This document shows, piece by piece, positions 9,524 through 19,695 of a stretch of DNA of 20,000 nt; the first letter of the stretch is position 1, and every line of letters starts with the position of its first letter. Below the pieces are notes generated by a model. That model did no database searches. It saw only the letters and a program-made list of their open reading frames with translations, and was not told the DNA's origin. Source of the DNA: Chiloscyllium plagiosum (lineage: Eukaryota). Where the stretch lies: NCBI RefSeq assembly GCF_004010195.1, contig NC_057757.1:8398262-8418261 (forward strand). The letters are read 5' to 3'. Both the position numbers and the translations under genes were made by a program.

Positions 9524-9738
9524 GTGGAGGTGGTGCTGGTGTTGGACTACAGTGGACAAAGTTGAAAATCACTCAATGCTACCTTGTAATCCAACAGGTT
9601 CATTTGGAAGCACTAGCTTTTATCCCTGTGTCCTGTGATCCTGTCGCATTACTTATCTGATGAAGGAGGAGTGGTCTAAAAGCTTGTACTTCCAAAATAA
9701 ATCTGTTGGACTATAACCTGATATTGTGTAATTTTTAA
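9524..9738. mobile_element. Penelope-derived mini element (two inverted pLTR fragments)
   Basis: …ccaacaggttcatttggaagcactagcttt is followed by ctgatgaagga…aaagcttgtacttcc…ctgttggactataacctg, the same family as 13801-13920. Confidence 0.7.
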
Positions 9739-10379
9739 TAGGGTTAATGAAGCCAACATGAGCCAACAGTTTCTGCGTGTAAACTGAGCACTCACTTTGG
9801 CACACATTAAGATTGAAAAATAAAACAACTGATTGGACGGAATGAAGAATATTGTGTGGATATTTGTGAGCGTATTCAGTTACATCTCAATCAAAATTGA
9901 GCAGTAATTTGCAAAAAAAAAGAGCATTAGTCTGAAAGGGTTGAAATATAGAAAGTGTAAATTTCATGGTTGTTTTGAGGCTCCGAGTTTGAAGAGACTT
10001 GACACGTTCATCCTCCTTCCCCATCACAAATGAAGCTGTTGGAACAGTTCACTGTTTCCAGCAGCATCTGTAATTACTTCAGGTTCCCAACGGGAGCAAT
10101 TTGTTACTTTTTCAGCCAAAAAACCCACCCCTCTACTGCAATCAAACTGCAATTTATATATGAGGTGGGAAGCAGCAGAGGGGAAAGCTTCACTGAGTAT
10201 TACTACCCAGTTCCACAGTGCAATGCACAATGATCATCGTCAGGAAGAGCAAGCAGGAATCTGATGGATCGGTTTTATCACAGAATGAAACACGTATATA
10301 CCTTTCAGAGAAAATCAACAATTAATCTCATTCATCTTGGGGATTTTTCAATTGAAAATTGCTTTAAAAGTACAAACAG

Positions 10380-10445
10380 TACAGTAGCTAGGAGTTGAAC
10401 CTGGGTCAACTGCTTAGAAGTTGCTCACCACTATCCCACTGCCGC
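10380..10445 (-). pseudogene. Decayed tRNA-Gly(TCC) gene
   Basis: Minus strand GCGGCAGTGGGATAGTGGTGAGCAA------CTTCTAAGCAGTTGACCCAGGTTCAACTCCTAGCTACTGTA aligns to vertebrate tRNA-Gly-TCC as recalled, with a 6-nt deletion in the anticodon arm. TTTT lies about 10 nt downstream. Confidence 0.75.
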
Positions 10446-10540
10446 TCTTTGCCATGGATGGCCTTGCTATTCCCAAACACATTTAACAAGACCCTGTTCA
10501 TGATCATTAAATGAGGCTGAAAAAAACAGAAATAGTTAAG

Positions 10541-10672
10541 TTCTGAAGAAGAATCATTGGACTCAGAAGCGTCAATCTGCTTTCTCCCTACCGATGCTGC
10601 CTGATTTGCAGAGTTTCAACAACAGTTTCTGTGCTGTCTTTCAGAACTCCAGTATCTGCAGTTCTTTGTTTT
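10541..10672 (+). mobile_element. Second Penelope-type pLTR family, degenerate
   Basis: ttctgaagaagaatc…gactc…gatgctgcctga…ccagtatctgcag resembles 18873-19053; a related fragment lies reversed at about 1867-1923. Confidence 0.55.
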
Positions 10673-10764
10673 AAATAGACCTGTGGTGGACGCAGCCAAG
10701 GGGATATTGGATCAGGTGACAGTCCACCTCATGCATAGAGGCAGATATGAAGAGCATAGAATTG

Positions 10765-11033
10765 GAGAATCCCTACAATGGGGAAACAGGCCAGTCAGCC
10801 CATCGAATTCATTCTGATTCTGTAATGAGAATCCTGCTGAGACTCTCACCCCTACCCTATCCCTACAAAAGTGCATTTGCCATGGCTAATCTACCTAACC
10901 TACACATCTCTGGGCACAATGGACAATTTAGCATGGCTAATCCAACTAGCCTGCGCATCTTTGGACTGTGGAAGGACTTGTAGCAAATCCATTCAGACAT
11001 GGGGAGAATGTGCAAACTCGACACAGACACGTT
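10765..11033 (-). mobile_element. V-SINE (HE1-like), lacking the tRNA head
   Basis: V-domain cagacatggggagaatgtgcaaactc and tail shared with the copies at 12584 and 17159. Confidence 0.75.
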
Positions 11034-11954
11034 GACATCAGGCAGGGATCTGGGTAATTGGAGAGGTTTAGAGTGGAAGTCCACACATATAGACTGGAGT
11101 GTGAATGATGGGGCCAACAACCTAATTCCAGTGCTGTAAACACTCTACAGCACGATGACTCCCTACATACAACATTCATCATAGTTTGCATTTTGTTTTA
11201 ATTTGTCATATTATTCACCTTATTCTGAAAGTAATGAATAGAGAGAAGTTGTGCATTCAGTCAGATCTGAGTATTGGTGGGTTGAGGAGCATCACACACA
11301 GCAACAATACCTGAGGGCGGATTGATTTCCTGCTCCTTACAGATTCAAGTGCAACATGCCATTTCCTTATTAAGTTCATTTGGTTTAAGGTGTATTATAT
11401 CTAATATCATCACAATACATTGATGCCCTTCTGAGCATGTTATGAATTTGGATGGAGCAGTACCTATTTTCTCTGTGAACAAAGGAGTCGGACTGGAGAC
11501 TGTATCCTCTCGCAGAAAGAGGACCAGGTAGAGGACATTCCCTCTGAAATAAACGGAGGCCGGGCTGAGAAAACTGACACGGTCAGCAGCATCTAAAGAG
11601 AGAAGGGAAGGTGTGCTGGAGTGTTGGCAGGGGAAAGATTAACCCATGTGTTATGGGGGTGGAGGGTTTCAGTACAACAGAATGAAATTAGGAAAGTAAT
11701 AATTTCTGAGCAATTGGAATGGGGGTGGTGCTGAACAAAGAATGAGATGGTTTTCAATAGTGTGGAGTCTGCAGATGTTTTAATAACAAACGGTTTCGTG
11801 GAACCAAATTTACAGGGGTTGGAAATTGGTTCAGTAAAATTCTAAAAGTTGAGGCAATTTGAGCAGGAGGAGACTGCACAGCCTGTTCAAACTGTTCTGC
11901 CTGTTCTGGCAGTCAATCCAAACAGAGCTGATTTTAGATTTCAAATCCAGTTTC

Positions 11955-12240
11955 CATATCCCATGATTCCCTGAGACAGCAGCCATCTGTCTATTCTAGT
12001 CTAAACTGTATTCAGTGATGGAGTATCCACAGTCCTCAGGGAAAAAAATATGAAAGATTCAGAAGCCTTAGAGTGAAGGGCTGTCTTCTGATCTTCATCA
12101 AAAATAATCTGCCCCTTATTCTGAGAGTGTGTTGGAATAATTTCTGAGCATGTACCCTTTCAAGCCCCTGCTTCTTCAGAATCTGATACATTCCAATGAA
12201 ATTGCCTTTCAACTTTCTAACATATAGACTCAGTTTATTT
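11955..12240 (-). mobile_element. Old CR1-type LINE 3' fragment
   Basis: Minus-strand peptide LSLYVRKLKGNFIGMYQILK…RRQPFTLRLLNL is a decayed LYSLEFRRLRGDLIETYKIL…RRNFFTQRVVNLW. Confidence 0.55.
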
Positions 12241-12583
12241 TGATACACAGCATTGGAGCATCCCAGGCACTAAAATAGTGATCCTTATCTTTAATGATGC
12301 ATTAATGGGTTTGGGCCATTGCTGGCCGGGAACAGTCTTGCTCTGGCGAGGAGAGGATAAATTGTCAATGCACTTGTGGTGCAGATCTATTTTTCCAAGA
12401 CAGGGTGGCAAGTGGCTTGTTGTCAACTGGTGGTATTCCCGTGTATCTGCTGTGCTTGGCACTTCAGGTGATCATGCCGGGGGTCTGGAAGCTGCTCTGT
12501 GAGGAACCTTGGGGAATTTCTGCAGTGCATCTTCTCTATGGTACACACTGCTGCCATTGAGTTTTGGAGGGAGAGACAGGGAA

Positions 12584-12884
12584 TTTTTTTTTAAGATTCC
12601 CTACAGTGTGGAAACAGGCCTTTCGGCCCAACAAGTCCACACCAATCCTCCGAAGAGTAACCCATCCAAACCCATTTCCCTCTGACTAACGCACCTAAAA
12701 CTATGGGCAATTCATCTTACCTGCACATCATTGGTCTGTGGAAGGAAACCGGAGCACCTGGAGAAAACCCACGCAGACACGGGGAGAATGTGCAAACTCC
12801 ACGCAGACAGTCACCCAAGGCTTGACTTGAACCTGGGACCCTGGTGCTGTGAGGCAGCACTGCTAACCACTGAGCCACCGTGCC
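12584..12884 (-). mobile_element. Near full-length tRNA-derived V-SINE (HE1-like)
   Basis: Minus strand starts GGCACGGTGGCTCAGTGG (A box)…GGTTCAAGTC (B box), followed by the V-domain, a LINE-like tail and an A-rich end. Confidence 0.85.
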
Positions 12885-13164
12885 AACCTATAGTTGTGAT
12901 GCTGAGAAAGCTGCACTGCAAGTTTATTCTACTTAAACATGGAGAGCACAATGGTTCTGTTACAGAAGTCTGTTAATTGTGCAAATGTCCATGAGATTTT
13001 AAACAGATTCACCTCTTCCCTGACAATAGCTTGAGGGACATTGTGTGACTGTTCCACATTGTTATCGACATTTTATCTCAAAAAGCTGGGAATGAGCTGA
13101 TTGACAGATATTGTGTGATAGATGGTTAAACTCAGGGCAGTGCCATTTACTGCACGTAGACTAT

Positions 13165-13362
13165 ATGCGTGTGTGTGTGTACATCTCTCTGGATGTGTGT
13201 GTTTGTATATTAATGTCTGTTTCTGGCTCTGTGTCTGTTTCTGCATCTTTCTGTCTATCTGTATCTGACTGTGTGTGCACGGGTATGTGTGAGTGTGTCT
13301 CAGTATGTAAATTATTGGGTTTCTCTGTGTTTGTGTGTCACTCTTTGTGTCTGTGTCTCTGT
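13165..13362. repeat. GT/CT-rich low-complexity sequence
   Basis: Degenerate (GT)n and (GTCT)n runs. Confidence 0.7.
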
Positions 13363-13674
13363 GCAATGGGCTCTCTGTTGTACGGGGCAGCATCCATTAA
13401 ATGGGGTTAACAACCCTCGATCTGCCTTCTGTCTATTCTTCTATTTAAATTGATACAATGCTGTTGGCCATGTTGACGTATCTGTGTGGGCCCATCTCTG
13501 CATGCACTGGGACACACTTTGTCCTGGAGAGAAGTTTCAATGAATGAATGAATTAAAATCTGAGGAATCAATGTCTCTGACTCTCTCTGTGTCTGTCCTC
13601 CTTATGGTTAAAATGATACAATGCCAACCTCTGCTGGCCTCCTTGTGCGACTGCACAAGTGGCAGAGTTTTGTT

Positions 13675-13800
13675 GGGACCATTGGCTCCTGTCCCAGTTC
13701 ATTCTATTGGTTCCGACAGTTTCGCACTGACCTGAGTGACGCAAAGGAGCAAGGGTCAGCGCAGTGACATCACCCCAAGATGGCCACCTCTATGGAGAAG
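13675..13800 (+). promoter_or_regulatory. Promoter-like motif cluster (two ATTGG, CRE-like TGACGCA, YY1-like CAAGATGGCC)
   Basis: Motifs are seen directly. GC-rich sequence resumes at 16350-16446, beyond the Penelope insertion. Confidence 0.4.
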
Positions 13801-16349
13801 ATTTGGAGATGCTGGTGTTGGACTGGGGTTGACAAAGTTAAAAAATCAGACAACACCAGGTTATAGTTCAACAGGTTTAATTGGAAGCTGTAGCTTTCAG
13901 AGCGCTGCTCCTTCATCAGGTGGTTGTGGAGGACACTATTGTAAGACACAGAATTTATAGCAAAAGTTTACAGTGTGATGTAACTGAAATTATACATTGA
14001 ATACTACCTTGATTGTTTTGTTGAGTTTTTCATCTGTTAGAATGACCATGATAGTTTTCAGGTTAACTGTAACAATTGGTGTTAGCCAGATACTATGATG
14101 AAGGTGTTAGCCCCCGTGTTCTCTGTCTGTGCCATCATGTTTAGACTGATTCTAATCTAAAAAGTGAGTTAACAGTCTTACATGAATTTATACAGTTTTT
14201 GAGCAAGGTACAATGTAACTCTCTAAGTACAAAATTCAACTCACAAATGTATATGTTTTTGTGTGCATGTGGGTTTTTCTCGGTGTATGTCTGGGGTGGG
14301 GATTGTGAGTGTGAGAGAGATTGTATATGTGTGTGTATGTGAGTGTAGAGTGTCTAAGTCTGTGAGGGGGTGCATTTGTGAGGGGGTGTGTCTGTAGGAG
14401 TGTATTTGTGTGTGTGTCTCTGGGTTGGGAGGTTGTGAGTGTTTTTGCGAGAGATTGTATATGTGTGTATGTGAGTGTAGAATGTCTAAGTCTGTGAGAG
14501 GATGCATGTGTGTGTGTGTGTGTGTTTGTAGAGGTGTGTGTGTGTCTGTGTGCGTGTCTGTGTATACATTTGTATGTATATGTATACCAGTGCCTGTGTG
14601 TGTAGGGGTGTCTGCGTGTGTATAGTGCAATGGTGGTCACCTGTAGTGTGACATGAACCCAAGATCCCGGTTGAGGCCCTCCCTATGGGTACAGAACTTA
14701 GCTATCAGCCTTTGCTCGGCCACTTTTTGCTGCTGCCTTTCCCGAAGTCCGCCTTGGAGGATAGTCACCCGAAGGTCCGAGGTCAAATGTCATAGAGATG
14801 TACAGCATGAAAACAGACCCTTCAGTCCAACCTGTCCATGCCGACCAAATATCCCAACCCAATCTATTCCCACCTGCCAGTACCCGGCCCATATCCCTCC
14901 AAACCCTTCCTATTCATATACCCATCCANNNNNNNNNNNNNNNNNNNNNNNNNNNNNNNNNNNNNNNNNNNNNNNNNNNNNNNNNNNNNNNNNNNNNNNN
15001 NNNNNNNNNNNNNNNNNNNNNNNNNNNNNNNNNNNNNNNNNNNNNNNNNNNNNNNNNNNNNNNNNNNNNNNNNNNNNNNNNNNNNNNNNNNNNNNNNNNN
15101 NNNNNNNNNNNNNNNNNNNNNNNNNNNNNNNNNNNNNNNNNNNNNNNNNNNNNNNNNNNNNNNNNNNNNNNNNNNNNNNNNNNNNNNNNNNNNNNNNNNN
15201 NNNNNNNNNNNNNNNNNNNNNNNNNNNNNNNNNNNNNNNNNNNNNNNNNNNNNNNNNNNNNNNNNNNNNNNNNNNNNNNNNNNNNNNNNNNNNNNNNNNN
15301 NNNNNNNNNNNNNNNNNNNNNNNNNNNNNNNNNNNNNNNNNNNNNNNNNNNNNNNNNNNNNNNNNNNNNNNNNNNNNNNNNNNNNNNNNNNNNNNNNNNN
15401 NNNNNNNNNNNNNNNNNNNNNNNNNNNNNNNNNNNNNNNNNNNNNNNNNNNNNNNNNNNNNNNNNNNNNNNNNNNNNNNNNNNNNNNNNNNNNNNNNNNN
15501 NNNNNNNNNNNNNNNNNNNNNNNNNNNNNNNNNNNNNNNNNNNNNNNNNNNNNNNNNNNNNNNNNNNNNNNNNNNNNNNNNNNNNNNNNNNNNNNNNNNN
15601 NNNNNNNNNNNNNNNNNNNNNNNNNNNNNNNNNNNNNNNNNNNNNNNNNNNNNNNNNNNNNNNNNNNNNNNNNNNNNNNCTGCTCTGCCCTCATCAATCT
15701 TCTTTGTTACTTCTTCAAAAAACTCAATCAAGTTTGTGAGACATGATTTCCCACGCACAAAGCCATGTTGACTATCCCCAATCAGTCCTTGCCTTTCCAA
15801 ATACATGTACATCCTGTCCCTCAGGATTCTCTCCAACAACTTGCCACCACCGAGGTCAGGCTTACCGGTTCTCCAACTGGGAGGGAACACTCCTGCATGG
15901 TGATTGTTGTGCAGTGCCCATTCATCCGTTGTCATAGCCTTAGCTCGGTTTCCCCAATGTACCATACGTCAGGGCACCCTTTCCTGCAATGTATAAGATA
16001 GACAACGTTGGCTGAGTCACATGAGTACATGCCACGTACATGGTGGGAGGTGTCCCCACATGTAATGGTGGTATCAATGTCCACACTCTGACATGTCTTG
16101 CAGCGCCTACCGTGACAGTGTTGTATGGAGTTGTCCTGAAAGCCAGGCAGCTTGGTATGAACAATGATTTGTTTGTGGTTTGGCAGTTTAAAGGCGAGCA
16201 GTGGAGGTGTGGGGAAGGTCTTGGTGACGTGCTCATCCTCATTGATAATGTTTTGCAGGTCACAAAGAACATGGCGCAGTTTGTCAGCTCCTGGGAAGCT
16301 AGTGCTTCCTATTAAACCTGTTGGACTACATCCTGGTGTTGTGTCATAA
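13801..16349 (-). mobile_element. 5'-truncated Penelope-like retroelement (GIY-YIG), with inverted 5' partial pLTR and nested CR1
   Basis: 15870-16291 reads …CHGRRCKTC…SCDSANVVYLIHCRKGCPDVWYIGET…SLPVGE, and 14640-14790 reads SDLRVTILQGGL…AEQRLIAKF…GLNRDLGFMSHY. 3' pLTR at about 13801-13925, inverted pLTR at 16296-16347. TSD CTATGG[A/G]GAAG at 13790-13800 and 16350-16360. Confidence 0.88.
14790..15869 (-). mobile_element. 5'-truncated CR1 LINE nested in the Penelope endonuclease (middle is an N gap)
   Basis: RT peptide PVSLTSVV(G)KLLERILRDRMYMYLERQGLIGDSQHGFVRGKSCLTNLIEFFEEVTKKIDEGRA; the 3' end matches the family at 230-385. Confidence 0.9.
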
Positions 16350-16804
16350 CTATGGGGAAGGACTGTTAAGGAAGATGTGGGAGTAGGCAAGAGGTGATTT
16401 GGGCCGGGGCCGTGAAGTGAGGCAGCGCCGCTCCCTCTGGAGGAGGAATCAGTAGCCACTGTCGGAATGAATGAAACTAGTTTTTTTAATGTCCCACTAA
16501 ATCCTGTGTTCTCCATACACCATCCTGTAATAAGGCAGCAGCCATCTCCCAAAATACCAACATGAATTACTTCAGTGCTATAAGACAGGACGTGACCAAG
16601 TTTTAGCAACCTCTGAAGGATGAAAACATTCAACATTATTGTCCACGGAGCCCAGGGATGTGCAGACTGGGTGGGTTGGCCATGGGAAATGCACAGGAAT
16701 TATTCTGTTCAAACAGCTAGATACTGCTTACACTGGAAACTGAAATAATAGCTGAGTGTTTCCAAAAGTTTCTGTGGAGGCAAGGCAAGGGATGGTTAAA
16801 ATAT

Positions 16805-17158
16805 CAGGTCCACAAAAGCTTAAAATATAGTTCCAAAACTGGAGTTTCAAAACGGCCAGTGACCAGTGATAGGAAGGATATTATTAAGCTGAAGAGATTT
16901 GCTGGAAATGGAAGGTTTGAGTTATACAGAAAGGCTGGAATGTCTGGGATCTTTTTCTCCTGGAGTGCAGGAGGTGAAGAGGGGAGCTGATAGAAGTTAA
17001 TAAAATAATAAGAGGTATAGATAGAGTTAATGGTAGTTGTCCTTTTTCTAGGAATGGGGAATTTCAAGAGAATGGGGGAGGCTTTAAAGGTGTGAGGAGA
17101 GAGATTTAAAAAAAAATGAGCACATTTTTTGCACAAATAGTGGTTTGTATATGGCATG
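16805..17158 (+). mobile_element. Old CR1-type LINE ORF2 C-terminal fragment
   Basis: Decayed RKDIIKL…LSYTERLE…FSLE…RGELIEVNKIIRGIDRV. Confidence 0.65.
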
Positions 17159-17505
17159 AGATTCCTAGAATACCTACAGTGTGGAAATAGGCCCTTTGGC
17201 CCAACAAGTCGACACTGCCCCTTTAAAGAGTAACCCATCCAGACCCATTCCCCCACCCTATTATCCTATATTTACCTCTGACTAATGCACCCAACCTACA
17301 CATCCCTGAACACTATGAGCAGTTTAGCAGACCAATTCACACTAACCTGCGCATCTTTGGTTTGTGGAAGGGAACTGGAGCACCCGGAGGAAACCTCTGC
17401 AGACATAGGGAGAATGTGCAAAGTCCACATAGACAGTCACTCAAGGCTGGAATTGAACCTGGGTCCCTGACACCGTGAGGCAGCAGTGCTAACCACGGTG
17501 CCACC
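17159..17505 (-). mobile_element. tRNA-derived V-SINE (HE1-like)
   Basis: Collinear with 12584-12884; contains B box GGTTCAATTCC and the V-domain. Confidence 0.85.
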
Positions 17506-17512
17506 TCATGGC

Positions 17513-17606
17513 AGTAAAACTCCCTTTACTGTATCCCCATCAAACACTTCCAGATAAGGGACAGCACGGAGTAACAGACAGAATACAGCTCCCTCTACAC
17601 TCGCCC
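17513..17606 (+). repeat. Satellite-like repeat (…agtaaagctccctctacactgtccccatcaaacactcccagg…), interrupted by an LTR
   Basis: About 1.3 units here, resuming at 18299-18353. Two reverse-complement units lie at about 19180-19326. Confidence 0.6.
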
Positions 17607-18298
17607 TGAGAATCTGAAACCTGGATACAGGCTGAACTAGGACATGGAGACTCATGACCTGCGCCTGTGTAACTAGTGTGACTAGTTGCAGTCAGGGGCA
17701 ACCGCCTAACGGATGGTCTTAGTAACTTAGACAGCAACAAGATGGCTTCTCAATGCAAGTTAGCATGACAAAATGGCTTCTAAGCTGCTAACAGGTAATT
17801 CTGCTCAAGCTGCATAACTAAGCACAGATTGCTGCAAAAAGAGATTAGCAGACAGTGTACCTTTTAGAATACAGAATGAACTCGACAAGATAAGAAAGTA
17901 CTAACCATTCTGACTGACCTTCATGTGCAGGTGTAGCAGCTCTATGTCGTGGGTTAAAAGTGACCTAAACATTGGGACATAAGTTGTTTCCCAGTTAATA
18001 TCATTGGACCAAGTAACTGCCAATGTAGCAATGTCATTTATTGATTGGTAATTGTTTGAATGTACTATGTGGTTACGCCCTCTACCCTGCTTTAAGAAAA
18101 GTATAAAAATGTCTTTGTGTTAAGCTGGTGTGTGCAGCTCCTCCAAGGAAAAAGGAAATGTTCAACTTCTGTGTTCCCAGACGCTCTGCACCCGGCTGTA
18201 TGAAGAAATAAAGAGTGAAGTCTTAAACAGCCAGACCGATTGTGAGTGCCTATTGACCAATCGTGGAACCGAGACCCCATTGGGGGTCCAGATCTTCA
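17607..18298 (+). mobile_element. Solo LTR, family C (692 bp)
   Basis: Termini TGAGAATCTG…CAGATCTTCA. 4-bp TSD GCCC at 17603-17606 and 18299-18302. TATAAAA near 18102 and AATAAA near 18206. Confidence 0.85.
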
Positions 18299-18872
18299 GC
18301 CCTATCATTCCCTCCCTGGTCAGGTAAAGCATTGAGTTTGATACAGAGTAAAGTTAACTGAATGATATCACAATCAAAAAAATTAACGACAAATATTGTT
18401 GAATATTTAATAAGTCTGGGAGTAAAGTCATATTTGACCCAAACATGCAGGGCCCATGTCGTATACACACACACACTTGTTCACACAGTTACACAAGGAC
18501 ATGGAATGACAAAATATATTAGGATTTCCAAATATTAAAGCTCCATTAAAGAATCCCTGGATGTCAGATGAACACAGGTGTCAGGCTCAAGACTCACCTC
18601 TCTCCTACACTGAGAGGGTCCTGTATCACACTCCGGATTGGAATTAGACACAGAGCTTGCGAGCAGGACATGGCACGTGGGATTAGGATGACTGTTTGTG
18701 TGGTTGTTCACAGCAAGCAACCTAACAGCAAATCAAAACAGAACAGAGAATCAAACAAATAACTTGGTGTTGAATTTGTGGAGTTCTTCCATTTCTGTTG
18801 TCTGTGTATATCTCTCTATGTGCTTGTGTCCATGACCGTGTGTCTGAGTGTGTGTGTGTCAGTATGTGAATG

Positions 18873-19053
18873 AGCGCAGCAGGTCAAGCAGCGTCGAAGG
18901 ATCAGGAGAATCGACGTTTCGGACATAAGCCCTTCTTCAGGAACGCCCGAAACATCGATTCTCCTGTTCCATGGATGCTGCCTGACCTGCTGCGCTTTTC
19001 TAGCAACACATTTTCAGCTCTGATCTCCAGCATCTGCAGTCCTCACTTTCTCC
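18873..19053. mobile_element. Short Penelope-type fold-back insertion with 14-bp TSD
   Basis: TSD TCAGTATGTGAATG at 18859-18872 and 19054-19067. Arms 18873-18922 and 18947-18996 are near reverse complements. Confidence 0.8.
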
Positions 19054-19349
19054 TCAGTATGTGAATGGCTGAGTGTGTGTATGTAAGATGGGGAGAGTAA
19101 GGAATGATTTTAAATCAGGATCTCTCATCTGATTATACCTCCCGTTAAATTTTTTGATTGTGATATCATCGAAAGAACATGGTGACAGTGTAGAGGGAGC
19201 TTTATTGTGCACTCAAGTCTGTGATGTCCCTTGACTGGAAGTGTGTGATTGGGATACAGTAAAGGGAGCTTTACGGTATATCTAACCCCATACAGTCACT
19301 GTCCTGAGAGTATTGATGGGGACAATGTCAGATTTAACCTGAACAACTG

Positions 19350-19655
19350 ATCCATCATCCATTGCTGTTTGTGGGAGAGAGTTCCAAACCTCTCCCACCC
19401 TTTGTGTGAAAGTACTTCCTAACGCTCTCCTGGATGATCAGCTCAGACTCTGTTCCCTCTTGTTCTGGAATCTCCAACCAGTGGGAATCGTTGATCTTGC
19501 TCCTGTTTAGAGAAACCCAAGCCCAGTTCTTCCATTTAGTAATTCCTTGCAATGATTCTCCAATTTAGTGGTCCACAGCCAGAATTCGTAAATATAGGCA
19601 TGGAGAAGTTGGACTGAAGGCTCTGCTTCCATGTTGTACATCCCTATGACTCTAT
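19350..19655. mobile_element. Degenerate CR1 3' fragments (minus at about 19350-19560, plus-strand tail at about 19595-19655)
   Basis: Minus strand reads …ESVRKYFHTK…; the plus strand ggcatggagaagttggactgaagg…ctatgactcta matches 320-380. Confidence 0.55.
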
Positions 19656-19695
19656 TCAGGGCTCTACTGCCTCGCACCAACTGTCCCATTGACCA

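Noticed and set aside
11131..11153. 8-bp hairpin GTGCTGTA-7nt-TACAGCAC
   Set aside because: It is isolated, plausible by chance, and has no supporting ncRNA boxes.
14236..14640. His/Thr-rich ORFs (also 13073-13410)
   Set aside because: They are translations of (CA)n-type low-complexity sequence.
14777..15858. CCGAGGTCA on both sides of the nested CR1 as a TSD
   Set aside because: The right copy is CR1 coding sequence (SLTSV) and the left is Penelope coding sequence (LTSD), so the match is coincidental.
14653..15965. Long ORFs of 277-372 aa (and 7929-8472)
   Set aside because: Their length is an artefact of N gaps.
15932..16636. 234-aa ORF as a domesticated GIY-YIG gene
   Set aside because: It is a chance fusion of flank, inverted pLTR and Penelope ORF. 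It stops just after YIGET, and the domain is split by CR1.
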